NCBI RefSeq assembly: GCF_018350175.1
Contig: NC_058368.1
Coordinates: forward strand, 101,744,001 to 101,808,000
Source: Felis catus
Lineage: Eukaryota
Length of the DNA: 64,000 nt
Direction: 5' to 3'
How positions within the stretch are numbered: the stretch's first letter is position 1; each line of letters opens with the position of its first letter. The translations under genes were made by a program, and so were the position numbers. The notes under the pieces are model-generated. The model was not told the origin of the DNA, ran no database searches, and was given only the letters and a program-made list of their open reading frames with translations. This document shows positions 24,375 to 37,365 of this stretch, piece after piece.

Positions 24375-25172
24375 TTGTTGAGGTTTGTTTTGTGGCTAAT
24401 ATGTGATCTATTCTAGAGAATGTTCTGCATGCCTTTGAAAAGAACGTGTATGCTGCTGTTTTAGGAAGGAAAATTCTGAATATATCTTTTAAATCCAACT
24501 GGCCCAGTGTATCATTTAAAGTCACTACATCCTTGCAGATTTTCTGTTTGGAAGATATGTCCATCAGTTTTAAGTGGGGTGTTAATGTCCTCTACTGTTA
24601 CTGTATTGCTATTGATTAGTTCCTTTATGTTGTTATTAACTGTTTTATGTGTGTGATTATCTCAGTTGGGATGCATGAATATTTACAACTGTCAAATCTC
24701 CTTGTTTCTTTTTACAGATTTTGTTTTAAAGTCTGTTTTTTCTGATGTAAGTATTGTTATTCTATTTTCCCCCACATCTGTTTGCATGATAAGTGTTCCA
24801 TTTGCAGACTCATTTAGGTCTGAAATGAGTCTCTTGTAGGCAGCATATAGATGGGTCTTATTTTTTTATCTACTCTTGGCACTCCATGGTTTTTGATTGG
24901 AGCATTTAGTCCATTTACATTCAAGCTAACTATTGGTAGACAGATATTTATTGCCATTTTATTACTTATTTTATGGTGGTTTTTGTGGTTTTGCTCTGAT
25001 CGTTCTTTTTTTCTCTCTCATGGTTTGCTGGTTTTCTTGAGTGATAACCCTTGGATTTCTTACTCTTTATTTTTTGTATATTGGTTACAGTTTTTGATTT
25101 GTGGTTACTATTTGGTTTATATATAACATCTTCTACCCATAGCAGTCTATATTAAGCTGATGGTTTGATTTT

Positions 25173-25403
25173 TTTTTTTTTTTTTAAATTTTTTTTTCAA
25201 CGTTTTTTATTTATTTTTGGGACAGAGAGAGACAGAGCACGAACGGGGGAGGGGCAGAGAGAGAGGGAGACACAGAATCGGAAACAGGCTCCAGGCTCCG
25301 AGCCATCGGCCCAGAGCCCGACGCGGGGCTCGAACTCACGGACCGCGAGATTGTGACCTGGCTGAAGTCGGACGCTTAACCGACTGCGCCACCCAGGCGC
25401 CCC
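25173..25403 (-). mobile_element. Young feline CAN-SINE (SINEC_Fc-like) nested in L1
   Basis: Intact A/B boxes, CpGs retained, perfect 15-bp TSD TGATGGTTTGATTTT at 25158-25172 and 25404-25418. Confidence 0.97.
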
Positions 25404-25822
25404 TGATGGTTTGATTTTAAACTCATTCTTTACTCTCCTCTCCCATGATTCAGATATTTGGTATCATATTTGACATTATTTTATTTTGTGCTTTTCTTGA
25501 CTTATTTTATAGGTTGTTTATTATTATTATTATTATTATTATGATTTGGCTTTTGTGATTCCTATTTTTTAAATGTTATTTATGGTTTTTATTTCCACCA
25601 CACAGTCCCCCTTAACATTTCTTGTATGGTTGGTTTAGTGGTCATGAATTCCTTTAACTCTGTTCGTCTGGGGAACTATCTTTCCTTCTATTCTAAATGA
25701 TAGCCTTGCTGCTTAGAGCACCCTTGGCTGTAGATTTTTCTCTTTCGGCACGTTGCATGTAGCTGACCAATTTTCCCAGCTAGATTGTCTTCTTGTCTCT
25801 TGCAACCTTCAAAATTCTTTTC

Positions 25823-25827
<5 letters not shown>

Positions 25828-25878
<51 letters not shown>

Positions 25879-25975
25879 CACACACACACACTATATATAT
25901 GTACTATATATATGTATATACATATATATGCATATATATATACACAAATATATATATATTTATATATATACATAC
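25828..25975. repeat. (TA)n/(CA)n compound microsatellite inside L1 ORF1
   Basis: Long pure TA run followed by a CA run and degenerate TA. Confidence 0.95.
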
Positions 25976-27604
25976 ATGCCATTTTAATTACTGTGTATCT
26001 TGGTGTGGACCTCTTTAGGTTGAATTTGTTGGAGGATCTGTGTGCCTTCTGAATTCTGATCTCTGTTTCCCTCCCCAAATTCAGGAAGTTTTCAGCTGTT
26101 ATTTCTTCAAACACATTTTCTCCTTCTGGGATCCCTAAAATGCAAATATTATTACACTGGATGGAGTCACTGAGTTCTCTAAGACTATTCTCATTACGCG
26201 GTATTTGTCACCTGTTCAGCTTGATTGCTTTCCATTACTGTATCCTCCAGGTCATGGATACTTCGTGTGGCCTCCTGCTTACTCCATCTATTATGTTTTT
26301 AATTTCATTTATCGAGTTCATCTCTGTTATTTTTTGATCTCTTGGTCACGGGTCTTGTTGATGTACTCCACACTTTTCTCAAGTTCAGTGAGTATCTTTA
26401 TAATCATGACTGTAAATTCTGTATGAGGAATATGACTTATTTCTCTTTTGCTCAGATCTGCTCAATATTGTCCTATTCTTTCATTTAGGATATACTCCTC
26501 TGTTTCCTCATTGTTATCTACCTCTCTGTGTGGGTTTCTGTGTGTTAGGACAGTCAGCTATGTCTTCTGCTCTTGAAAGTAACGGCTTTATGAAGAAGAG
26601 GTCCTGTAGGGCAGTGTCCCCTGCTCACTAGAACCTGGCACTTCGGGGGAATCTCCTGCGTGTATCGCTTGAGTCCTGCTGTTGAGTCTGAGTCAGATGT
26701 CTATACTGACACTGCCTCTTGACGCTCTGCTTGCTTTCTCTGGTGTTAGTGAGACCCAGGAAGGCCAGCTCGGAGGAGAGTGACCACAGGAGGGTGGGGC
26801 CGTTTACTAGCAGGTTAGGTAGTGAGTGTCTGTGCAGCATTGCCTCCCACAGGTGGCTCTGGTTTATGCAGGGGGCGGAAAAATGGTGCCCGTCAGCATC
26901 TTCGTTACCAGAGAAGTCCCCTAACATGCTCCAAAATCGAAATAAACAGATCTTGCTCCCATTTGCACCAGGCATTGTGCAAACCATCACTTCTATGTTG
27001 CCTCTTGATGGGCTGCACCGTCTACTGCCCATTTCTTGACAAGTGAGCCTTGTGTTCCTGCTTCCCTAGTATTTGATGACTGAGGGGAAACGACCCCCAA
27101 ACCAGCATTATGAGACCCTGCTCACTCTGGTCTTCTCCAGTCCTAGTACTGGACCCGCTGTGCCTCTCAGAAGGGATATCTGGCAGAGTCTGGACTTGTG
27201 ACTGTCCCCAAAGATGCACTATGTCTTAAACATTTTTGTTAGATAACCCTTACTATAAACCTGTATACCCACATGTATGAAAATTGAGTATCTTCAAACT
27301 TGTTCAGGATGACCTTTGGCAAAGGCAGAGGGTAGGGAAAATGGGCAAATAAAAGTTAAAAGGTGGAAAACCTCCACTCTGGACAGCTTTCTTCAAAGTG
27401 AAGTTACTCCACAAAAGGCAATTTCTTTTCTGCAGGACTTTTCGGAGCATTTAGAAGGCTCACATATTTGTGAGATGCCACGAGCACATGCACCCTAAGA
27501 AGCTCCATAAATGTACTGTACACAGGGCCTTTATTTGTATCCTATATCCAGGATCCCATAGGGCCAGCCCTGTGCTTGGTTAATTTGGGAGATGTTACCC
27601 CACA

Positions 27605-27810
27605 TGAGTGATTCTCGATTGGAGCTGCCTGGGAAGTCTTTAAACCTACTGATGATTGAGTCCCAAACCAGAACAGTTACATTGGAATCTCCGTGGTGAA
27701 AAGAGCATTGCTGTTTTTTTTGTTTTGTTTTGTTTTGTTCTGTTCTGTTCCGTTTTTAGAAATTCTTCAAATGATTCTAATGCATAGCAGTGTTGAGAGC
27801 CCACAGTCCA
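27605..27810. mobile_element. MER5A-like hAT-Charlie fossil with internal (GTTTT)n
   Basis: TTGGAGCTGCCTGGGAAGTCTTTAAACCTACTGATG..GGAATCT..ATGATTCTAATGCATAGCAGTGTTGAGA. Confidence 0.7.
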
Positions 27811-29610
27811 GAGGCACTAGGTCTCCAGTAATTTGGAGACCTATTTAACCCTGGATCTTGAAGAATTTCTGCCTTTCTAATAGGAGCGACCAGGTAGAAA
27901 ACTGATGTCTTGATCAATATAATTCTCTTAAACTCTACTTAACTTGGTGTCTTTTGGGCTACCATTGCCTCTTTGCCTTCCAGCCCACATCCCCAAAGAT
28001 TAGTCTATAACGACTTGTCTTGTAATAGTGCTCATTCACTCCTAGATCAAGTGAACTCTGGCTTGTGTTCATTACTTTCCTAAAGTAATTCTGATTAAGT
28101 TAGCAAGTAATAACCATCTTGCCCAGGGCAAACCCAAATTGTTGTAACTCTAGGATGTTATAAATCTGAGATTTATACTGCAACATTCTGAGTTTGTCTA
28201 CATCAGTTCCTCCCTCGCTTAGTCTCTTGCCCCTGAATTGAACATTAGTGCAATAGAGTTTTATGAAATTTTTTAGATATTTGGAAATGCTATCATTAAT
28301 TCAAGTTCTGTCATCTTACTTTTGATTAGACACGTTTGGCAGTTTGCACTACCGTAGAGTTACCTACCTCTGAGCCATTGCTTTTCGCCAAGAGCCCCAA
28401 CAAGTTGGCTGAGCAGGAAAATATATTTTTGGGAGCAATTTTGGTTTTCAAATGTTGCTAATGGTTATCTTTAATCAAAGTCTGGACCACAAAGGCGTAA
28501 CGCAGGAGGAAAACGGGAATTTTTAATACACATGCTATGCCAAGAGCACATGGGTTGTTCTGGAAGACCAACTCAACACAGGACCTAAATTGAATCTGAA
28601 TGCCACGGAAGAAAAGAAAAAGGTTATGAATACATCTGTGACTTTCTTCTCCACATGAAACGACGTACATTGTGTATCTCATGCTTTGAGGTATTGACTA
28701 TAATATCCGCTTGTGAAGCCAGCACCAGGCAAGATACCCTCTAAAAACCAAAAATGCTTGTCAGTTGCATTTGGGTTCCACTTTGGGATAATGGGAACCC
28801 AACAGAAAAAGAAAATTAATAAGCATGCCATCTGAGATCACTGACCGTACACATGAAATCCAAAAATCTAGGTAGATGAAAATTGAGACTTTACTAAATA
28901 TGTGACCAAAGAGAAGGAGAATGGAGTGAATCATGGTATTAGATTTCCTTTTATAAGAGACTTGGAAGAAATAAATTGAGTTCTTAGGGGATGTAATCCT
29001 GTCAGTCATAGAGGTTGGAGTGATCTTGGCTTATAATATGTCCAAGGACTCTAGCGTCAGAACAATAGAGAGAAACAATAAAAAAAAGCAGACAGAACAT
29101 GACAGGAAAAGGGCAGTACATAACCTGTGCTGAGAATAGAAACCCCGTGTGAGAAAGCTGTGAATGGTAAATGTGAATCACGATCTGCCTGAGAAAACTC
29201 TCATTCTCATAAGCTTTGAAAAAGGACTTAAACTCGAAAGGCCAATTAAGAGACAGAGAGCTGAGTTGTCAGTTGAGAGCAAACTAGACTTAAATAAGCC
29301 CAAATACACAAAGTTCCTTCTGAAAAGACTCTCTCAGCAGGCTGACCTGGAGAAAGGGACTGTATAAAATGACACGTGAAGGCTAAGTGAAAGTGATAGC
29401 AAACATCGTCTCTGGGCCATTCAAGTTGGCTGGGAAACAGAAAGGTGGGTACAGGGAGTGGGAGGTGATATGGGGCATGAGCAGTACATGACTCAGGCCA
29501 GCGGACTGAGGAGGAGTGTCTGGAATGTTAAACATGAAAGCAGAGGGCTTGCCTTTCCCATCAATGCCGAATGAGTTGAACAGCATCGGGACTTCTCTAT
29601 TGTAGTGTTC

Positions 29611-30042
29611 TACTATGGGGTGGATTGTGTTTTTCAAATTCGTATGTTGAAGCCTTAGCCTCCACTGTCTTGAATGTGACCTTATTTGAAAATAGCATGG
29701 TTGCCAGAGTAGCTAGTCAAGGTGAGGTCATACTGGAGTAGGATGGACCCCAATCCAATATGACTGGTGTTGTTATTAAAAGGCGGAAGTTGGACAGAGA
29801 CACGCACAGAAGGAGAATGTCATCTGAAGGCTGGAGTTGTCCTAGGACAAGGCTGGCAACTACCAGAAGCTAGGAGACAGGTCTGGAACAAACGTCTCCC
29901 TAGAGCCTTCAGAGGTAGCATGGCCTTGCCAACATCTTGCTTTTGGACTTCTGGCCCCTAGAATAGTCAGACATTAAATCGCCGTAGTTAGAGCTCTTTC
30001 CTTTGTGGTTATTTATCCTACAAACCCTACGAAATTATTACA
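29611..30042 (+). mobile_element. MaLR solo LTR (MLT1B/C-like)
   Basis: TTCGTATGTTGAAGCC..GAATGTGACCTTATTTGAAAATAG..AATCCAATATGACTGGTGT..CCAGAAGCTAGGAGA..; ends in TACA. Confidence 0.85.
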
Positions 30043-30929
30043 GGCTCTCATGGAGTCTCCTCGTTGAGAGCTTTCTACCTCTCTGAGCAGGTCCAGAAGA
30101 CAGCAGAGGTCTGAGAGGAGGCCGTGTTAGTCAGGAAGCTTCCGGGCAGCGTGGGGAGAACATGACTGGTTAGAAGGATGCTAGTTTGAGCAAAGACTGA
30201 ACAGGCTGTGTATGATGGGCATCAATCAGTATGTGAAAGGCTCTCCTGGTGAAATGGAAGCAGGTTCTCTGTAGCAAAGCCTGGGTTCTAACGAGGGTTA
30301 GAATTTCGGGGAAGACATCCCCATCATGCACTGAACTGCTTCAGAGATGCTGAATGAGAAGAAGGTGAGAACTTTTGGCAGAAGATGTAAAAGGTAAAAA
30401 TCCTCTAGGTGGTTTTTTTAGTTTCCGGGATACTATTTCTTGTTATTTGCTCTAATAAACAGCACTGAATATAACAAAGAGGTTTAACAGTTAGACACTC
30501 AAAGGAAGCTCGGTGCAGATAGGGAGTACGAAGAGAATGAAGAAGGCTCATCCCCTCCGCCAAACTGCAGCCACCTATGTTCGGCACATCTGATACTCTT
30601 TGCAGTGTGACTTGAGATTTACTGTTAGATCGATTTTCCCCTCGTCTGGATGACTTTCTCCCTTCACTTCTTGCAGTTAGGATAAAACTGACACCATGGG
30701 GTTTGCTAATGATCAGGAAAGCTCTGGCTTTTTGCTAGAGAATCTGGGTAGCTGCCAGGATTTCCTACTTGTTCTTACTCTGGAAAGAATCTTGTGATTT
30801 TCTTTTGGAATTCTTTGCATCTAAAACATGCTCTTTTATTATTTCATGGATACCTCATTGGCAGATGTACTAAGGTACCAGAGGAATAGTGTAAAGAAAA
30901 AAAGCTTAAGTGATCACACAATTAAGTCG

Positions 30930-30931
<2 letters not shown>

Positions 30932-30966
<35 letters not shown>
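30932..30966. repeat. (CA)n microsatellite
   Basis: Pure AC run. Confidence 0.95.
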
Positions 30967-30972
<6 letters not shown>

Positions 30973-30995
30973 TTTACATATATAGCAGAAATTAC

Positions 30996-31080
30996 ATTTT
31001 TATTTTTTTAATTTTATTTTTTATTTTTTAAAATTTACATCCAACTTAGCATATAGTGCAGCAAAGATTTCAGGAGTAGG
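30996..31080 (-). mobile_element. Very short 3' terminus of a young feline L1 plus tail
   Basis: AATTTACATCCAACTTAGCATATAGTGCAGCAAAGATTTCAGGAGTAG is the reverse-complement homologue of the young L1 3' end at ~54906-54958 in this window. Confidence 0.85.
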
Positions 31081-31086
31081 TTTTTA

Positions 31087-31329
31087 TTTTTTATTTTTGT
31101 ATTTATTTAAAAAAATTTTTTTATTACGTTTCTTTATTTTTGAGAGGCAGAGAGAGACAGAGCATGAGTGGGGGAGGGGCAGAGAGAGAGGGAGACACAG
31201 AATCCGAAAAAGGCTCCAGGCTCTGAGCTGTCGGCACAGAGTGCGACGCGGGGCTCGAACTCACGAACTGTGAGATCATGACCTGAGCCGAAGTCAGACG
31301 CTTAACTCACTGAGCCACCCAGGCACCCG
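31087..31329 (-). mobile_element. Feline CAN-SINE
   Basis: Full body; 15-bp TSD AGGAGTAGGTTTTTA at 31072-31086 and 31330-31344. Confidence 0.97.
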
Positions 31330-31339
31330 AGGAGTAGGT

Positions 31340-34180
31340 TTTTAAATGAATAACTGACATTCAACATTGTATTAGTTGCAAGTATATAACAATGATTTGA
31401 TAGTTATGTACATTATGAATTGGTCACCAGAATAAGTCTAGTTAGCCTCTCTCACCATACAAAGTTGTTAAAATACTACTGATTAAAATTCCCTATGTCT
31501 TATTTCATCACATCCCATGTCTTATTTATTTAAAAACTGGAAGATTTTACCTTTTAATCCCCTTCACCTGCTTTGCCCATCCTCCTACCCCACGCCCTTT
31601 GGCATCCACCTCTTTGTTCTCCGTACTTACAAGTCTGTTGGTGTTTTGTTAGATTTTTTTTTTCCATATACAAATAAAATCCTATGATATTTTCTTCCTG
31701 TGACTTATTTCACTTAGCACATTACCTTCTAGGTCCACCCATGTTATCACAAATGGCAAGTTTTCTTTCTTTTTTATGGTTGAGTAGCATTTCTTTATAT
31801 ACACACAGCACATCTCTATCCATTCACTTACTGATGGACACTGAAGTTATTTTCGTATCTCGGCTTGTATAGACAATGCTGCAATAAACAGGGGCACACA
31901 TGTTGAGTTTTTAAATTAGTGGTTTCATTTTCTTTGGGTAGATACTAGTAGTGGAATTACTGGTTGATACAATTTTTGTATTTTTAACTTTCTGAGGAAC
32001 CTCCCTACTGTTGCCCACAGTGGCTGTACCAGTTTGCACTCCCACCAACACTGCATGAAGGTTCCTTTTTCTTTTTTAAATTTTTTTCTAATGTTTATTT
32101 TTGAGACAGAGAGAGATAGAGTGAGAGCAGGGCAGGGGCAGAGAGAGAGGGAGACACAGAATCCGAAGCAGGCTCTAGGCTCCAAGCTGTCAGCACAGAG
32201 GCCGATGCAGGGCTCGAACTCACCGACCGTGAGATCATGACCTGAGCCGAAGTCAGGCCTTCAACCGACTGAGCCACCCAGGCGCCCCAAAGGTTCCTTT
32301 TTCTATACATCCTTGCCAACACTTAATAATTCTTGTCTTTTTTATATTGGCCATTTTTATTTTGATTTGTATTTCTTGATGATTAGTGATACTGAGCATT
32401 TTTTCATGTGTCTGTTGGCCATGCAGATTTGTTCTTCAGAAAAACATGTACTCCGGTCCTCTGCCCATTTTTAAATTGGATTACTTTTTTCTTGTATGGT
32501 TTTTGGTGTTGAGTTGTGTAAGTTCTTAATAGTTTTTGGATATCAACCCTTTATCTGATAGGTCGTTTGTGAATATCTTGTCCCATTCCATGGGTTGCCT
32601 TTTCATTTTGCTGGTAGTTCAATTTGCTGTGCAAAAGATTTTTATTTTAGTGTATTTCCAATAATTTTACCTCGTGTTTCCTTTGTGAGGAGACAAATCT
32701 AGAAAAATGGTGCTAAGGCTCACATCAAAGACGTAACTGCCTAATTATGTTTTCTTCTAGTAATTTTATGTTTTTGAAGCTCATCTTTAGACCTTGAATA
32801 AATGTTGAGTTTATCTTTGTGTATAAATTTAAGAGAGAGTTCCACTTTCATTCTTCGGCATGTAGCTGTCCATTTTTCCCAACACTTTGACACAGATTGA
32901 CTGAACATATAAATGTCAGTTTATTTCTGGACTCTCCTGTTCCAGAGATCTAGGTGTCTGTTTTGTGCCAGTACCACACTGTTTTGATTATAACACCTTT
33001 GTAGCGTATACCGAAATACGGGATTGTGATACTTCGAGCTTTGTTCTTCTCAAAATTGGTTTTGCTAATTGGGGTCTTCAGTGATTCCATACAAATTTTA
33101 GCATATTTTTTTTCTAGTTTTGTGAAAAGTAATTGGCATTTTGATAGAGATTGTGCTGAATCTGTAAATTGCTTTGGGTAGTATAATCATTTTAACAATA
33201 CTAGTTATTCCAATCCAAGAACATGGAATATCTTGCCCTTTATTTGTATCACCTTCAGTTTCTTTCAGCAATGTTTTACGGTTTTCAGAATACACGTCTT
33301 TCACCTCCTTGGTTAAGTTTATCCCCAGGTATTTGATTCTTGTTGGTGCAGATGTAAATTGTTTTTTTCGCTTTCTACTTTGTTATTACTGTAGAGAAAT
33401 GCAACAAATTTCTGTATATTAATTTTATATTTTGTAACTTGACTTAAATAAGCCATTACTTGTAATAGTGTTTTATTGGAGTCTTTAGGGTTTTCTATAT
33501 ACAGTATCATGTCGTCTGCAAACAGAGATAGTTTTACTTCTTGACCAATGTGGATGCCTTGTATTTCTTTTTTCTTACCTGATGCAGCTAGGACTTCTAA
33601 CACTATGTTGAATAAAATGGTGTGAGTGGACACCCTTACCTTGTTCCTGAGCTTAGAGGAAAAGCTCTAAGTTTCTCACCACTCAGCATGATGTTAGCTT
33701 GGGTTTGTTGTATATGGTCTTTACTCTGTTGAAGTATGTTCCCTCTAAACCCACTTTGCCGAAACATTTTATCATGAATGAATGCTGAATTTTGTCAGAT
33801 GAATTTTCTGCACCTATTGAGATGATCGTAGGATTTTTTTTCCTTTCTCTTATTGAGGTGATGTATCACATTGAATGATTTGCAACTATTGAATCATCCC
33901 TGCATCACAGGAATAAACTGCACTTGATACATATGAAGGATCCTTTTAATGTATTGTTGAACGTGGATTGCTAATATTTCATTGAGGATTTTTGCATCTG
34001 TGTTCTCCCGGATGGGGTATTGGCCTGTAGTGTCCTTTTTTTTTTTTTTTTTGGGGTAGTATCTTTGTCTGGTGTTAGTATCGATGTAGTTCTGGTCTTA
34101 TAAAATATATTTGAAAGGTTTCTTTTCTATTCTTTGGAATAGTTGGAGAAGAGTGTTAACTGTTTCTTAAATGTTGAGTA
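31340..34180 (-). mobile_element. 5'-truncated LINE-1 (3'UTR plus ORF2 RT/C-terminus)
   Basis: Minus ORFs with [29 protein letters not shown] and [21 protein letters not shown]. Confidence 0.93.
32072..32288 (-). mobile_element. Feline CAN-SINE nested in L1
   Basis: Full body; TSD AAGGTTCCTTTTTC at 32058-32071 and 32290-32303. Confidence 0.97.
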
Positions 34181-34965
34181 TGGGGGTGCAGATAGATTTT
34201 GAGTTAGTGTTTTCATCTCCTTCATACAGACAGCCCAAAGTGGAATGGCTGGATCATATGATGGTTCCATTTGTAATTTTTTGATGACCTTCCGTGCTGT
34301 TTTCATAGTTGCTATGTCAGTTGACATTCCCACCAAGGGAAAGTAATGTGCATGAGCCTTCCCTTTCCTCCACAGCCTCTCAAACCCTTGTTATATCTTG
34401 TCTTTTTGATCCTAGCCATTCTTGTTTTTGTTTTTTTAAATAGTGTGAGGTGATAGTTCATATGGTTTTGATTGTCATTTACCTGACGATTAATGATTCT
34501 GAGCATCATTTTGTGTGTTTGTTGGCCTTCTGTATCTCTGTAGAAAAATGTCTACTCAGAACCTTTCCCCATTTTTGAATTTTTTTTTTTTTTTTGCTAC
34601 TGAATTATAAGTTCTTTTTACATTGTGGATATTAGCACCCTGTAAGATAGAAGATTTGCAAATACTTTCTCCTACTTGGTAGGTTGCTTTTTCATTTTTT
34701 AGGTTTCTTTTTGCTGTGCAGAAGCCTTTTAGTTTAAAAAAGCTTTCATTTTTTGCTTTGGCTGCTTTTATTTTAGGTGTCAGGTTCAAAAAAAAAATCG
34801 CTGCCCAGAAGCCTACCAGCTATATTTTCTTCTTGGAGTTTTATGGTTTCAGGTCTTAAAGTTCAGGTCTTTACTTCATTTTGAGTTAATTTTTATGCAT
34901 GGTGTAGACAGTGGTTTCATTTCATTCTTTTGTATTGTATCTCTCCAGTTTTCCCAACACCCATT
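34181..34965 (-). mobile_element. Second L1 ORF2 C-terminal fragment abutting the preceding L1
   Basis: Re-enters the ORF2 C-terminus (EPSYDPAIPL; KLKGFCTAK), homologous to ~31890-32885. Confidence 0.85.
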
Positions 34966-35232
34966 TATTTTCCTCTTGTTTATTTTGGGGGAAATTTCTG
35001 TTTTAACTAACTTGGTGACTGACGTTGCTAAAATTCACAATTACTATTACTTAATAAATGAATGACATTCTGAGAACTTAACAAAAGCTGTTGAAGATAA
35101 TAGTGGTCTGGTATTATTACATTGCCTTTCCCACTTGGAAAGAAAATATTTAGGAAAACCGATATGAATTATAAAAGAACTAGGACAGGGATAGTTAAAT
35201 ATGTGGCCATCACGCTTTACATAAGGGTAGGC

Positions 35233-35247
35233 TTTTAAATGTTTATT

Positions 35248-35284
<37 letters not shown>

Positions 35285-35447
35285 ATGTGCATGTGGGGGT
35301 GGGGCAGAGAGAGATGGAGACAGAGGATCTGAACTAGACTCTATGCTGACAGTAAGGGGCCTGATGTGGGGCTCGAACTCACAAACCATGATATCATCCC
35401 CTGAGCCAAAGTGGGATGCTTAAATGACTGAGCCACCCAGGCATCCC
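35233..35447 (-). mobile_element. CAN-SINE with expanded (GA)n
   Basis: SINE body; AGGGTAG on both flanks (35224 and 35449). Confidence 0.92.
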
Positions 35448-35467
35448 TAGGGTAGTTTTAATGACTG

Positions 35468-35782
35468 CTTTGGTCAGCTAGGGCTGCCCTAACCAAAATT
35501 TATAGCAGGTGGCTTATAAAGGGGAAACCCATTTTCTCAAATTTCTGAAGGCTAGAAGTCCAAAATCAAGGTGCCAGCATTGTTAGTTTCTGGTGACAAC
35601 TTTCTTCCTGCTCTGTAGATGGCAAACTTCTGGTGTCTTTGCGTGTCAGGGCCTCATGCTCATGACATAATCTAAACCTAATTATCTCCAGTATCTGATG
35701 CCACCTCCCAATACCGTCACATTGGGGATTAAGGCTTTAACATATAATTTTTTTTTATGAGGACACAATTCAATCCCTAGGC
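35468..35782 (-). mobile_element. MaLR LTR (MLT1A-like)
   Basis: AGGGCTGCCCTAAC..GGCTAGAAGTCCAAAATCAAGGTGCCAGCA..CACATTGGGGATTAAGGCTTTAACATATAATTT. Confidence 0.8.
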
Positions 35783-35824
35783 ATTACCAAGAATTTTGCA
35801 TTCTTCTACAAGCTTAGAATTAAG

Positions 35825-35950
35825 TGTGGTAGGCGGAAGCATGTTTCGCTGGCAGATACGACTGAGGTAGGAATCGTGATATGGGGAAATTGGGTGCTCT
35901 CCGTGTGATCCCATGGGTCCTTAAAAATGAGAGGGAGGCAGAAAAAAGAG
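35825..35950 (+). mobile_element. MaLR LTR 5' fragment (MLT1D/E-like)
   Basis: TGTGGTAGGC..GCAGAT..TGATATGGGGAAATT..GGGTCCTTAAAAATGAGAGGGAGGCAGAA. Confidence 0.5.
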
Positions 35951-36284
35951 TCACTACTCTGAAGAAATAATAATTACCTCAACATTTACAATCACATTTT
36001 CACTTCTCATGTATTACATTCAAGAGATCAGGTGCCCCTTAATATTTTCTTGGATTTGTCTCTATTATCGTAATATCTTATGCACACATATCCTTTACTG
36101 TTCTTTCCTAAATCATCATAAATCTTCTGTTGATGGATTTTTTTTTTTACTTCAGTACTTGCCCTCTCAGGTAGCACTGTATCTTGTCGTTGGACCTGTA
36201 GAGTTTAGGTCAACTACAAAATTTAGAGGGGCCAGTAATCACTTCAAACCAGTACTGGAGTCCAGTAGAGGAACCAATACTAAG

Positions 36285-36590
36285 TCATGAATGGCTCCAC
36301 CTGGTACCTTGAGACACTCCCTCTTGGAACCCAGACATCATGACATGGGGAAGCCAAACAAGCACGAGGAGGCCATCTCTTCCCGCCTTAGTCCCAACTA
36401 AGGTCCAGCCACTACCTAGCATCAACTACGAGACATGTGAGTGAGCGTGCCGTGAGATTATTTCTGTCCCCAGCCTTTGCTGCGGTCCGACTGAAACCAA
36501 GTGGAGCTGAAATGAGCTGCCCTTGCTTTAAGCAACTCATTATGTTTTGGTGTGGTTTGTTAAACACACACAGCAAGAGAAAACTGCAGT
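36285..36590 (+). mobile_element. MaLR LTR 3' part (MLT1G/H-like)
   Basis: CTCTTGGAACCCAG..CATCAACTACGAGACATGTGAGTGAG..GTTTTGGTGTGGTTTGTTA. Confidence 0.65.
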
Positions 36591-36989
36591 CACTTCCACA
36601 TTTCTACCAAACCAGATACATTTTGCTTTATCCTCAGTATGGACTGACATCTAGCTTTGACCTAGCTTCATAGTCTGATGCCTCATCACTCATGCACTGC
36701 TTCCCACAGTATGAGTGATGGTTCCTTACATCCATCTCAGTACAGAGCCTTGTAGTAGTATTTTGTTCCTCCTATGCTCATGTAAATCCTATCAATTCTT
36801 CAGGGTCCGTAATTCAGACCACACAATGACTATGTGTATGGCTTTGGCCATATCCAAGAGCACTGGAAAAATCAGTAGCCTGATTTTCTTTGGGGGAAAC
36901 ACCTCTTCCTAGCACCGTATCCAAAGGCTTTCAGTATGGTGAACTTGAGTTTCCGGTCTAAGGCGTGGAAGGGGCCCAGACTTACCCAG

Positions 36990-37365
36990 TCGGCATATTC
37001 CCTCTCCCTAGCCTTGTGATTATTTCAATATTGAGCACATGCCCTGAGCTGGTCAAGTGAGATGGAACCCTGGAATGTTCCCAAAATGATCTTTTAGCTG
37101 TTCCTGCTGAATCATAAGGCTGTCAGCCCAGCACTACAGTGGCCAACACAGAGTGAAAGCCTACCTGAGAATGAAGCCAACCTAGAAGAAATTAGAGCCC
37201 AGTGTCTGCTTTCTCACGCCATCACTGGAGCCCGGGGTTCAGCCATATCGCAAGATGGATCCTCACTCCACCTTACAACCTCTTAGTTTCGTAAGTCAAG
37301 CAGTTGCCTTTCTGGCTCAAAGGCAGACTGAGTTAGATTTCTATCGCTGGTTAAGTATAGAGTCT
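36990..37365 (+). mobile_element. Old MaLR LTR (MLT1J/K-like)
   Basis: AGCCTACCTGAGAATGAAGCCAAC..GAGTTAGATTTCTATCGCT. Confidence 0.55.

Larger units (their letters stand above)
20550..27040 (-). mobile_element. Near-full-length decayed carnivore LINE-1 (5'UTR, ORF1, ORF2, 3'UTR)
   Basis: Minus-strand ORF fragments: ORF1 (MFEEITAENFLNLGRETEIRIQKAHRSS), endonuclease (LDLKDIFRIFLPKTAAYTFFS..TFSRIDHIL), RT ([22 protein letters not shown]), C-terminus ([23 protein letters not shown]); T-rich tail at ~20550-20580; many stops and frameshifts. Confidence 0.95.

Noticed and set aside
25173..25403. tRNA gene (A/B boxes present)
   Set aside because: It is the tRNA-derived head of a CAN-SINE, with CT tract, tail and TSD
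25688..26114. YI/IY-repeat ORFs (also at 16987-17259 and 54308-54671)
   Set aside because: Translations of TA/CA microsatellites
26628..27046. Cluster of overlapping ORFs of up to 134 aa
   Set aside because: They lie in the GC-richer 5'UTR of the decayed L1 and match no protein I recognise
20530..27070. TSD flanking the near-full-length minus-strand L1
   Set aside because: Only weak similarity between the flanks; cannot be supported
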